64,000 bases of DNA from an uncultured bacterium (GTDB lineage Bacteria > Verrucomicrobiota > Verrucomicrobiia > Verrucomicrobiales > DEV007), in NCBI GenBank assembly GCA_963977015.1, contig CAXBMO010000001.1:384001-448000 (forward strand). The letters run 5' to 3'. Below, one piece after another: positions 37,488-46,858 of the stretch. The first letter of the stretch is position 1. Each line of letters starts with the position of its first letter. The translations under genes were made by a program, and so were the position numbers. The notes below the pieces were generated by a model, which was not told where the DNA came from, did not search any database, and worked only from the letters and a program-made list of their open reading frames with translations.

Positions 37488-38726
37488 ATGCCCGATCTTC
37501 TCGTTATCGGCGGTGGCGCGGCTGGATTTTTTGGCGCGATTGCGTGTGCCGAATCGTTGGCGAAACCTGCTGAAATTCTCATCCTGGAGAAGAGCCCCAA
37601 CGTGCTGACGAAGGTGAAAATTTCCGGGGGTGGACGCTGCAATGTGACCCATGCCTGCTTCGATCCGAAGTTGCTGACGACGAACTATCCACGCGGCGGG
37701 CGGAGTTTGATCGGTCCGTTTCATCACTGGCAGGCCGAAGACACCGTCAGTTGGTTTGAGGATCGCGGAGTTGAACTCAAGACCGAGGCCGACGGGCGCA
37801 TGTTTCCCACCACCGACAAGTCGCAGACCATTATCGATTGCCTGACCTCGGCGGCACGGGAATCCGGGATTCAATGGCAAACCGGCGTTGAGGTTCGCAA
37901 GATCGAGACGGACGGCGATCGGTTCACGGTGTGGACTTCCGACGACCGAAAACTGGAGGTTTCCGCGGTGCTTCTCGCTACGGGTGGAACGCGCAGTGCG
38001 GCTGCGGCCAAGCCGGCGGTGGATTTGGGTCACTCCTTGATTTCAGCGACGCCTTCCTTGTTCACCTTTCACATTGATGATCCCCGGTTGAGCGACCTGC
38101 AGGGATTGTCCGTCCCGATGGCCTGTGTCCGGGATTTGGGGACGAAACAGGAGTCGAATGGTCCCATGCTCATCACGCATTGGGGGTTGAGTGGCCCCGC
38201 CGTGTTGAAGCTCTCCGCCTGGGGTGCTCGGGAAATGGCGGAACGCGATTATCGCTTCGAAATTGAGGTAAATTGGCTGGGTGACGTCACCATTGAGCAG
38301 GCGGACGCGGTTTTCCGGACCCAGCGCAGTAACCATGGGAGCCGACAGATTGCGACGCGTTCACCCTTTGAATCGCTGCCGCGAAGGCTCTGGAGTCGTC
38401 AGGTTGAACAATCGGGCGTTCCCGAGAACGCGACGTGGGCCAACTTGCAAAAGGAGCACGCGAAATCGTTGCTTCAGAATTTGGTGAAAGCTCGTTTTCA
38501 GGTGACGGGAAAGAGTCTCAACAAGGAGGAATTCGTAACCTGCGGCGGGGTTCGGCTCAAGGACGTGAATCTGAAAACCATGGAGAGCAAGATTCAGCCC
38601 GGTCTCTATTTGGCGGGCGAAGTGCTCGACATTGACGGCGTGACCGGCGGATTCAATTTCCAGGCGGCTTGGACGACCGGAGTGCTCGCCGGGAGAGCGA
38701 TTGCCGACCGACTCGAGGTGGAATAG
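37488..38726 (+). CDS. HI0933/YhiN (BaiN/RdsA) family flavoprotein
   Basis: IGGGAAG, KVKISGGGRCNVTH, DGRMFP, LITHWGLSGPAVL, VTCGGV, GEVLDIDGVTGGFNFQAAW. Confidence 0.93.
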   Translation: MPDLLVIGGGAAGFFGAIACAESLAKPAEILILEKSPNVLTKVKISGGGRCNVTHACFDPKLLTTNYPRGGRSLIGPFHHWQAEDTVSWFEDRGVELKTEADGRMFPTTDKSQTIIDCLTSAARESGIQWQTGVEVRKIETDGDRFTVWTSDDRKLEVSAVLLATGGTRSAAAAKPAVDLGHSLISATPSLFTFHIDDPRLSDLQGLSVPMACVRDLGTKQESNGPMLITHWGLSGPAVLKLSAWGAREMAERDYRFEIEVNWLGDVTIEQADAVFRTQRSNHGSRQIATRSPFESLPRRLWSRQVEQSGVPENATWANLQKEHAKSLLQNLVKARFQVTGKSLNKEEFVTCGGVRLKDVNLKTMESKIQPGLYLAGEVLDIDGVTGGFNFQAAWTTGVLAGRAIADRLEVE

Positions 38727-38776
38727 GAGCTCGGAGTGTTGCGGTTTGCGCAAACCCATGCGACGCAGGAGGCATC

Positions 38777-40156
38777 TTGAGCGCATTGTTTCAACGTTGG
38801 CTGTCCAACCGGCCCAAGTCAGCCGACTGGGTCATTCAAAACCGCAAATATTTCTATATCGCGGGAACGTTTCTGATCATTATGGCGGGAATGCTGTTCT
38901 ACTGGTTCGGTGTTCGCGGCAATCAAACCCTTCCAACGATTTGGATCAGCAGCGGCTCCAAGGATGGGGGATACGAGCGAATTGCCGAGGTCTTGGCGAC
39001 TCACATTGCCGGGCAGCTTCCGGAAACGGAAGTCCGCGTGTTGTCGAGCGACGGCTCGATCGAAAATTTGGAGCGCGTCGCACGCGGAGAGGCGCAGTTG
39101 GGCCTAGTGCAAAATGACGTCGCAGGCGATGGTGAGTTTCGGGTTCTCAGCCCGCTTCACGAGGAGGTCCTTCATCTCTTTGTCGCGAAGAACAGCAATA
39201 TTTGGAATCTGCCCGACTTGAAAGGAAGGCGGGTCGCGGTGGGGCCGGAACGGGGAGGGACTTCCAAGCTGATCAACAGCTTGTTCGAACTTTACGGCTT
39301 GAAAGGGGACGTCGAATTGGTTCACGAACCGATCGAGGAGGCGATGATCGAGCTTGCGGAAGGGACCGTCCAGGTGTGCGCCATGGTCACCGCGTTGGGA
39401 ACACCGGTTTGCCGCAAGTATCTCGCATCCGGAGAGGTCAGGCTGATGGGAATCAGCGAACCGGGATTGGAAGGCAGTGTCGTCGATGGATTTCGACTGC
39501 ATTACCCGTTTGTCCATCCGGCAACGATTCCGCGTGGAAGTTACGCCAACAATTCCGCCTCGATGCTCGAACCGCTCGACCCGTTGGGAACGATCGGCGT
39601 TCGCTCCCTGCTCGTTTGCCGGGCGGACCTGCCGGAAGAGGCAACGCGGAAGATCACCGAAGCCGTCATCCAGGCTCGGCCCGAACTCATCGAGATGGGA
39701 TTTCCGGAGATGGCCGATTCTCATAGCAGTTTTGGGACGTCCTATCGCTACCCCTATCATCCCGGCGTTTTGCGCTACCTTCGGAGCGATCCCACGTTTC
39801 TGGAGCAATATGCCGAGTCGATGGGCTTCATCCTTTCGGTGATGCTCGCGTTGGGGGGAATCGTCGCCAGTTGCCGCCAATGGATGAGTCAGGTGAAGAA
39901 AGATCGAATTGACGAGTTTTACCTCGAACTCGACGAGATCCAGAATCGCCTCGTCAAGCAGCGTCCCTCGCAAACCGAGTTGGAGGAGATACTGGACCAA
40001 TTGCTCGCCAGTCGTCACCGGGCGGTCAGCGCGCTGGTGCGGGAGAACGTGGTTGCGGATGAAAGTTTCCTCATTTTCCAGTCGCTGCTCACCGATTCGA
40101 TCCGGGAAGTCGAGCGGCAAATGAGCGGTTTCGAAGAAAACGTCGAAAAGCTGTGA
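38777..40156 (+). CDS. TAXI-family solute-binding-like protein with N- and C-terminal TM helices
   Basis: SGSKDGGY, SDGSIENL, LGLVQND, DLKGRRVAVG..GGT, YHPG. TTG 38777 is preceded by AGGAGG. Confidence 0.8.
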   Translation: MSALFQRWLSNRPKSADWVIQNRKYFYIAGTFLIIMAGMLFYWFGVRGNQTLPTIWISSGSKDGGYERIAEVLATHIAGQLPETEVRVLSSDGSIENLERVARGEAQLGLVQNDVAGDGEFRVLSPLHEEVLHLFVAKNSNIWNLPDLKGRRVAVGPERGGTSKLINSLFELYGLKGDVELVHEPIEEAMIELAEGTVQVCAMVTALGTPVCRKYLASGEVRLMGISEPGLEGSVVDGFRLHYPFVHPATIPRGSYANNSASMLEPLDPLGTIGVRSLLVCRADLPEEATRKITEAVIQARPELIEMGFPEMADSHSSFGTSYRYPYHPGVLRYLRSDPTFLEQYAESMGFILSVMLALGGIVASCRQWMSQVKKDRIDEFYLELDEIQNRLVKQRPSQTELEEILDQLLASRHRAVSALVRENVVADESFLIFQSLLTDSIREVERQMSGFEENVEKL

Positions 40157-40212
40157 TAGAGCCGATTCTGAGTGCGCGTGAATTACCGCATAGAGCATCA
40201 ACTCCATCAAAA

Positions 40213-41508
40213 ATGACCTCGATCACCCATTCCGACGAATTCACCCGGCGCCGCTTCATGGAAGGCACCGCAAAAACCTTCCTGGGCGTTGGTGCCTTGG
40301 GCCTCACCACGCGCGGTTTTGCAGCGAAAGGGCCGGGGCTTGAGTTGGAACCTCGGGTGGGAGGCGCCAAGCACATCATCTACCTCTACATGGGTGGAGG
40401 GATGACGCATCTGGATACGTTTGACACCAAGCCCGGTCACGAAAACCAGGGACAGACCAAGACGATCAACACCAACGTTGATGGAGTTCGGATTTCCGAG
40501 TATCTCCCTTCGCTCGCCAATCACGCCGACAAACTCGCCATCGTAAACTCGCTCACCTCGACCGCGGGCGCGCACTCTCAGGGCAATTACCTGATGCACA
40601 CCAGCTACGAAGAGCGCGCCACGATTCGTCACCCCGGAATTGGTGCCTGGCTGCTCAAGTTTCAAGGCCGCCTCAACCCCAATCTTCCGGGTTCCGTCTT
40701 CATCGGTGGCAACAGCCGGATCAACGGTGGTGGCGGCTTTTTTGAGCCTGAATACGAGCCGCTTGCGATCAACGATCCCGATTCCGGCCTGAAGAACTCC
40801 AAGCGCCGTGGCATGGACGAGGCCACCTTCAATCATCGCCTTGATCTCGCTCGCAAGTTCGACGCCGAGTTTCACCAGCAATACAACGTCAAGCAGGTCC
40901 GCGCCTACACCCAGATGTATGACGACGCCGTCCGCATCATGACCAGCCGCGACCTCGCCGCCTTTGACCTCAAGAAAGAGGACGACAACATTCGCGAAGC
41001 CTACGGCGACAACTCCTTTGGTCAGGGCTGTCTCCTCGCACGCCGCCTCATCGAGCACGACGTCCGCGCCGTCGAGGTCAGCTACGGCGGATGGGACATG
41101 CACAACAACGTCTTCATCTCCGCGCCCGAGCGCTGCCAGGTCCTCGACCAAGCCATGTCGACGCTCCTCAGCGACCTCGATCGCCGCGGCAAGCTCGATG
41201 AAACCGTCGTCGTCCTCACCACCGAATTTGGCCGGACCCCACGCATCAACCAGAATGCGGGTCGCGACCACTACCCCAAAGCCTTCAGCTCAGTTCTCGC
41301 CGGTGGCGGAATCAAAGGCGGTCAGAAATACGGAAAGACCGATGAAGGCGGAGAAAACGTCATCGAAAACCCGGTCAAGATTGAGGACTTCAACGCCACG
41401 ATCGCCCACTCGCTTGGCCTGCCGATCGACCATGTACTTTACAGCCCCAGTAAGCGCCCCTTCACCGTTGCCCACAAAGGCAAACCGGTCCTGGATCTGC
41501 TTGCCTAA
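40213..41508 (+). CDS. DUF1501 domain protein, Tat-exported
   Basis: TRRRFM twin-Arg, LYMGGGMTHLDTFDTKP, YG...FGQGCLLARRLIE, GGWDMH, EFGRTPRIN..GRDH. Confidence 0.92.
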   Translation: MTSITHSDEFTRRRFMEGTAKTFLGVGALGLTTRGFAAKGPGLELEPRVGGAKHIIYLYMGGGMTHLDTFDTKPGHENQGQTKTINTNVDGVRISEYLPSLANHADKLAIVNSLTSTAGAHSQGNYLMHTSYEERATIRHPGIGAWLLKFQGRLNPNLPGSVFIGGNSRINGGGGFFEPEYEPLAINDPDSGLKNSKRRGMDEATFNHRLDLARKFDAEFHQQYNVKQVRAYTQMYDDAVRIMTSRDLAAFDLKKEDDNIREAYGDNSFGQGCLLARRLIEHDVRAVEVSYGGWDMHNNVFISAPERCQVLDQAMSTLLSDLDRRGKLDETVVVLTTEFGRTPRINQNAGRDHYPKAFSSVLAGGGIKGGQKYGKTDEGGENVIENPVKIEDFNATIAHSLGLPIDHVLYSPSKRPFTVAHKGKPVLDLLA

Positions 41509-41546
41509 AGGTTGTAATACCAAAAACACACAAGTTTGCTTCATCA

Positions 41547-41580
41547 GGGCGCCTCGGAGGGAAACCTCCGGGGCGTTTCT
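41547..41580 (+). terminator. hairpin terminator between convergent DUF1501 gene and hrpB
   Basis: GGCGCCTCGGAGG-GAAA-CCTCCGGGGCGTT followed by TCT. Confidence 0.7.
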
Positions 41581-41607
41581 GCGTTGGGCTGAACGGTTGC
41601 GAGACCG

Positions 41608-44124
41608 TTACCGCCACTCGTGCTTGGGGTAGCGGCCTTTGAGGTCGCTTTTCACCGCTGCGTAGCTGTTCTCCCAGAATCCGGGCAGGTCTTCGGTGAT
41701 TTGCACGGGCCGCTGATTCGGAGCGAGGATTTCGATGCGCAGGGGGATGCGGCCATTGGCGAGACTGGGCGTTTCGGCGATGTCGTAAAGATGCTGGAGC
41801 CGGGCGGAAAGGACGGGTTTCGCGCCGATTTCATAACGGATGCGGGCGTGACGGCCATTCGGGAGGTCAATTCGTGTCGGGACCATGGAATCGAGCATCG
41901 GCAGTTGATGCGGGGCGAGAAATTGCCGCAGTTCGGGCCAGACTTCGCGGTCTTTGATCTGTTTGTAGCTGAGGGCGCCGAGACAGATTTGCTCGATGAC
42001 GGCGAGTTTGTCGTCGTCGCTGAAGGTGGGCAGTTCCAGCTCCGGCATGGCGTGGGCCAGGGTGCTGAGCCGGGCGATCCATTGCTCGACCTGGCGGTCC
42101 CACTTTTTGAGGATGAGGTTTCCGGCGATGACTTCGCGGGCGAGGATTTCGGCGGCTTTCTCTTCGGGCGGATCTTTGCTGGGTTTGCTCTCCAGGATGA
42201 GGTCGCGGTAGCGAATGACGTCGAGCGCGTCGACTTTTCGATCCCGGGGGTTCCATTCGGCGCTTCGTCCGGATTGGACCGCGTCCGAAAAGCGGGACTC
42301 GAGCAGTTCCCGGCTCACGGCGGTGTTGAGATTGAGCAGGACGTTCATCTCGCGTCCTTCGATTTCAGTGATTTCCGTGGCAATGAAGAGTTCGGCATCC
42401 ATGACGCAGCTCTCATCGCTTAGTTTGCCGCGCCGTCCGCCGGTCACTTCGCAACTGCGGTTGGAGCGATTGAGGCGTTTCGCGATTTGGTCGGGGAATC
42501 CTGCCAAAAGGCATTCGGCGATGGCTTGATCCGGGTGAAGTGGTGGACGGGGAGGGGATTTTCGCGACGCGGCGGGCTCGGCTTTGCGCAGGAGTTTGGC
42601 GAGTCGGTCGACTTCACGGGCGGCGTTGGCCTGGATTCCGGCGGAATCGCAACGGCGGGGATCGAAACCGAAGTCGCGGGCGGTGGCGAGGGCTCGCAGG
42701 GCGGGCAGAAAGTCGGAATCGTCGTCCGGCTCGGTGAATTCCTCGCGGCCGGAGTTGCGGCGCGGAAAAATCGGCTTCCCCTGGGTGAGGGCAACGATGT
42801 CGCACAGATTCTCAAAGCAGCCGAGGCGGCGACCCTCGACGAGGGCGCGGGCGTAGCGCGGAGTGACGGGAAACCGGGCCAGGGATCGCCCCAGATTCGT
42901 CAGCTGGCGAGCGGCGTCGAGCGCACCGAGGTCGATCAACAGTTGGGTGGCGCGGTCGAGTCCTGCTTCGTCCGGTTTCTCGAACCAATCGAAGTCTTCC
43001 ATGGATTCGACACCGGAGACGAGCAGGGTCAAAATGACTTCCGCCAGGTCCATTCGGTGGATTTCCGGAGGCGTTTGTGCTGGGCGTTTGGCGTGATCTT
43101 CCTCGCTCCAGAGGCGAATGCAGGTGCCGGGCGCGGTTCGGCCCGCTCTGCCGGAGCGTTGGTCGGCGCTGGCTTGGGAAATCTTCTGGATGGTGAGCGT
43201 GTTGATGCCGCGGCGCACGTCGTAATCCGCGATGCGGGCCAGGCCGGAGTCGATCACGAGCGTTACCCCGTCGATAGTGAGCGAAGTTTCGGCGACGTTG
43301 GTGGCGACGACGATTTTGGGGCGGGAACCCGGCCGAATGGCGCGGTCCTGCTCGGCGGGTTTCAGATCTCCGAAAAGAGGCAGGATATCGACGTTGCTGG
43401 TGTGGCGTTGTAGCGCGTCGATCGTTTTGCGGATTTCGTAGGCTCCGGGAAGAAAAATGAGGCAATCGCCCGGCGTCGTCCGGTTTTTGGCAAACGCCGA
43501 GTAGGTGCGGGCGATGTGATCCCAGATTTGGCCTTTTTGGCGTTCGCGCATCGGAGCATGGCTGATCTCAACCGGAAACGTTCGCCCTTCCGAGCTGAGA
43601 CGGGGGCAATCGCCGAGATAGGACTGGATTCCTTCGCCGTCGAGCGTGGCGGATGTGACCAAAATGGCGAGGTCTGGCCGGGATTCGCGTTGAATCTGGG
43701 TTGCCCGGGCCAAGGTGATGTCTCCAAAGAAGTGGCGCTCGTGAAATTCATCAAAGAGAATCGCGGAAACGCCCTGGAGAGTCGGGTCGCCGAGGATCTG
43801 GCGCAGAATTACCCCTTCGGTGACGTAGCGAATGCAGGTTTGGGCACTGACGTGGTTCTCGAAACGAACTTGATAGCCGACTTCATCTCCGACTTTCCCC
43901 TTTCGTTCTTCGGCGACGCGGCGGGCCAGCATTCGGGCGGCGACGCGGCGTGGCTGAAGCACGACGACTTCGCCATTCCCCAGGATTCCGCGATCGAGCA
44001 GAATCTGCGGAACTTGGGTGGACTTGCCGGAGCCGGTGGGCGCTTCCAGCACCAATCGAGGTCGTTGAGACTGGCTGCGGAGGGCCTCGACCAGCTCGTT
44101 TTCAATTTCGTAGATCGGTAACAT
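41608..44124 (-). CDS. hrpB: ATP-dependent helicase HrpB
   Basis: APTGSGKST, QPRRVAAR, DEFHER, ATNVAETSLTI, QRSGRAGR, C-terminal LKGRYPKHEW. Confidence 0.97.
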   Translation of the reverse strand: MLPIYEIENELVEALRSQSQRPRLVLEAPTGSGKSTQVPQILLDRGILGNGEVVVLQPRRVAARMLARRVAEERKGKVGDEVGYQVRFENHVSAQTCIRYVTEGVILRQILGDPTLQGVSAILFDEFHERHFFGDITLARATQIQRESRPDLAILVTSATLDGEGIQSYLGDCPRLSSEGRTFPVEISHAPMRERQKGQIWDHIARTYSAFAKNRTTPGDCLIFLPGAYEIRKTIDALQRHTSNVDILPLFGDLKPAEQDRAIRPGSRPKIVVATNVAETSLTIDGVTLVIDSGLARIADYDVRRGINTLTIQKISQASADQRSGRAGRTAPGTCIRLWSEEDHAKRPAQTPPEIHRMDLAEVILTLLVSGVESMEDFDWFEKPDEAGLDRATQLLIDLGALDAARQLTNLGRSLARFPVTPRYARALVEGRRLGCFENLCDIVALTQGKPIFPRRNSGREEFTEPDDDSDFLPALRALATARDFGFDPRRCDSAGIQANAAREVDRLAKLLRKAEPAASRKSPPRPPLHPDQAIAECLLAGFPDQIAKRLNRSNRSCEVTGGRRGKLSDESCVMDAELFIATEITEIEGREMNVLLNLNTAVSRELLESRFSDAVQSGRSAEWNPRDRKVDALDVIRYRDLILESKPSKDPPEEKAAEILAREVIAGNLILKKWDRQVEQWIARLSTLAHAMPELELPTFSDDDKLAVIEQICLGALSYKQIKDREVWPELRQFLAPHQLPMLDSMVPTRIDLPNGRHARIRYEIGAKPVLSARLQHLYDIAETPSLANGRIPLRIEILAPNQRPVQITEDLPGFWENSYAAVKSDLKGRYPKHEWR

Positions 44125-44224
44125 GAGGTCTCTGGTCCTGAATTTAGAACAGATCGGGGGAGTTTTGGAAAAAACTCGATTGTGATTTTGCGGGACACCG
44201 GGAAAGTAGCGCCCACTTGGAACA

Positions 44225-44521
44225 ATGGCTCTTGAACCGACAGAATCTCCCGAAGATCGCCAATTGGCTTGGATTGGAGACGCCGCATTGGCCTTGGTGG
44301 CGAGAGAATGGATCCTGGAAACCCAGGGGAAATTGGATGGGGAAGCGCATCGGCGCCTGACTTCGAACGAGTTTTTGCGGGCATTTGGCCATCCGACTTT
44401 GGTTGAGGCGGAATTGGGCGTTTTGTTCCAGAAACACGGATTGGATGCGGTGAGAGAGCGATTTCGGAATCGGTTTGTGCCAAAGTTTCGGGAATTTGGC
44501 GGTATTGACGCTTCGAAGTAA
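44225..44521 (+). CDS. minimal RNase III-domain protein
   Basis: QLAWIGDAALAL (RNase III signature-like), SNEFL, VEAELG; 98 aa, no dsRBD. Confidence 0.6.
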   Translation: MALEPTESPEDRQLAWIGDAALALVAREWILETQGKLDGEAHRRLTSNEFLRAFGHPTLVEAELGVLFQKHGLDAVRERFRNRFVPKFREFGGIDASK

Positions 44522-44556
44522 TTAAATTTGGTTGGAAGTTAAGAATTCTTAACTTA

Positions 44557-45036
44557 ATGTGGGGCATGCTCCTTCGACTCGCTTGCCTGATGCTGATTTT
44601 CCCGTTTCTGGGATTGTCCGGCTGCTCCTTATTTGCGCCCAAACCGGTGCCGGAACGTTATCGAGCCAAGGTTACGTATCCCTCCTTTTCCAATCCCTCG
44701 CAGTATTCTTCAGTCCCAGCACCTCCGATGCCTGAGCCACCGAAGCAGGAAACCGCGAGTTACCAACCGGATGGGACTTCATTTGACCAGTGGGCGCCCG
44801 CCGAGAATTCGAAACCCGAGACCGAAAAGACTGAGGCTCCCGGGATCGATGTTCAGTCCCTTCCGTTTGCGATTGCGGTTCCTGGCGATCCCAACGTCGT
44901 GACGTTGCCTCCCGGACTCGGGTCAAATGCCGAAATCGACGTGACGGGAATCGCCCCCGGAACAGCGGTCGAAATTCCAGATCCGAACAAATCTGGAGCA
45001 ACGATCAAATTCAGAGTTCCTGAACCTGAGAGTTAA
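44557..45036 (+). CDS. Pro-rich lipoprotein
   Basis: Lipobox LSGC after a hydrophobic stretch; C-terminal VPGDP..V...IDV.G..PG..V..PDP....FRVP module. Confidence 0.65.
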   Translation: MWGMLLRLACLMLIFPFLGLSGCSLFAPKPVPERYRAKVTYPSFSNPSQYSSVPAPPMPEPPKQETASYQPDGTSFDQWAPAENSKPETEKTEAPGIDVQSLPFAIAVPGDPNVVTLPPGLGSNAEIDVTGIAPGTAVEIPDPNKSGATIKFRVPEPES

Positions 45037-45779
45037 AGAGCGTCACTGACGTTGTCGAGTTCACTGAGAATCGCCTTGAGGTCATTGGCGAAAGGGCTGG
45101 TTTGAGCCAGTTGTTCGAGGTGGTCCCTTACTTTCGGATGTCGTTTGGCGTTAAAGGCTAATGACCAACGAGCGGCTTCGTACATCGCATAGCGAAACGC
45201 GTCTTCCCGGTATTTTTGGATGAGTTCATCGTCCTCTTTTTCTCGAGCATCAAGATACGCGTCCCTGGCCGCTTCAAATTGGGAGTAGCCCAAGACATTG
45301 ACAATTGGAGTGACGACGTTCACATCCCCTGAGCCATAGAAGTAGCCCCAACAGAGGTCCATTTCGAAAGCTTGGGTGATCTCAATTTCCAGGAGTGGTG
45401 CGGGTTTGGGCTGAGTGAGGAGATGGTCTTGGCGAATGGTTTTGAGGGCTTCTTTCGCGGATTCAGTATTTGCGCGATGGAGTGCATTCCCAAAGGCCTC
45501 CAGCTCGGCTTGCGATAACGAATCTGGATTTTTGAGCGCGATTTCGATCGTCTCCGGATACTTCTCGAACACAAAGCTGAGGAATCCGACAATGGGTTGG
45601 CGGCGATCAATATCTTCGAGGTTTTCGCGACTCTTCCAGTGCTCCAATGCGGTCTCAAACGAGCCGAGATTGTCGTTTTGGTAAAACTCCTGGAGCCATC
45701 GCGCCGCATTGAACGCGTGCGCTCCCCAAGGCTGGAGCAAGACCAACGCCACGAGTATTCGATAAAGCTGAATCGTCAT
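45033..45779 (-). CDS. secreted helical hypothetical protein
   Basis: Signal peptide ending AHA; MDLCWGYFYGSGD and AARWSL segments; 248 aa. Confidence 0.65.
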   Translation of the reverse strand: MTIQLYRILVALVLLQPWGAHAFNAARWLQEFYQNDNLGSFETALEHWKSRENLEDIDRRQPIVGFLSFVFEKYPETIEIALKNPDSLSQAELEAFGNALHRANTESAKEALKTIRQDHLLTQPKPAPLLEIEITQAFEMDLCWGYFYGSGDVNVVTPIVNVLGYSQFEAARDAYLDAREKEDDELIQKYREDAFRYAMYEAARWSLAFNAKRHPKVRDHLEQLAQTSPFANDLKAILSELDNVSDAL

Positions 45780-45941
45780 TCCATGCGAGAGGATTTATCA
45801 GGGCCAGGGGTTTCCGGATTTACTCAGACCAAGGCTCCTGAAAGGGCCTACCGTTAAACTCGTGAAGGAACTGCTGGCAAACGAATTTCTGGAATCGAAA
45901 TGTCTTTGCAGAAATCGTGAAATGGGGTGCAGATTCCAAAC

Positions 45942-46409
45942 ATGAAACTCTGGAGTTCGCACGGTTTGATGCTGATTGCGATTTGTCTATCGGTGGGAGG
46001 ATGCAAAACGACACCTGCGGGTGATGGAATTGCTCAGTTCAACAGTGTGATTCTGCCCCACTTCCCCATTGGGCAGCCCGGAACCTTTGAGTTCAAAGTT
46101 CGGCACACCCGGCCCGTTTATCCTCACTGGATGTACTTCAAAACGCGCTCATCATCGAGTTTTTACCCCTATACTCCCTTCGACGAGGCCGTCTTTCGCG
46201 TCGAGATGGTGGGGCTGGATGGCAACGTCTTGAGTTCACGCATTATTCGGCCACGCGCACCGCGAATCGTGGATGAGGATGAATATCGAGTGGTCCTCTG
46301 GAACAAAAGATCAGTTTCAGCACGAACCGAGTTCCGGGTTCGAGTTGAAGTCTTGAGGCCATCCAAGCGGCCTTACGACAAAGCCAGGATTCATTTGGGA
46401 ACGCCTTGA
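45942..46409 (+). CDS. putative lipoprotein
   Basis: MKLW...LIAICLSVGGC lipobox-like, then a beta-rich domain. Confidence 0.6.
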   Translation: MKLWSSHGLMLIAICLSVGGCKTTPAGDGIAQFNSVILPHFPIGQPGTFEFKVRHTRPVYPHWMYFKTRSSSSFYPYTPFDEAVFRVEMVGLDGNVLSSRIIRPRAPRIVDEDEYRVVLWNKRSVSARTEFRVRVEVLRPSKRPYDKARIHLGTP

Positions 46410-46553
46410 AGGCGGCTTTTTCTGTCAATGTCAGGGTGACGAACCGTGGCGATTGGCGAGGTAAATAATACAGATTCTTGGAAATTTGCGCTTTCCTCAC
46501 AGAATGATTTCGTGTAGACCTTTTTTATTAGCTTGAATCGAAAATGTCCTAAC

Positions 46554-46781
46554 ATGATTCCCAGCTGCAGATATGTCATTGTCTCAATGCTAGTGTTTGG
46601 ATTCGTTGCAGTTAGCAATGCATTGTCAACTTCTCCGATGTTCGAAGCATTGGCAGACACGAGAGAGGCGAATTCCGGGATTGCTTCCTCTTTTCAGATG
46701 GCGGCGGTGTTGGTCAGCCTGATTGTCTTGGGTTCGGCCTTTCGCAATAGTCGCCGGAGAGGCAAGTTTCACTCTGATTAG
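46554..46781 (+). CDS. small two-helix membrane protein
   Basis: Two hydrophobic segments followed by RNSRRRGK. Start uncertain. Confidence 0.4.
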   Translation: MIPSCRYVIVSMLVFGFVAVSNALSTSPMFEALADTREANSGIASSFQMAAVLVSLIVLGSAFRNSRRRGKFHSD

Positions 46782-46858
46782 ATTCTTGAGACCCTGCTGG
46801 AATGGCGCAATTTGAAGCGGAGTTTTGACAAGCTCGGCCGACGGTCCATCATTGGCTG

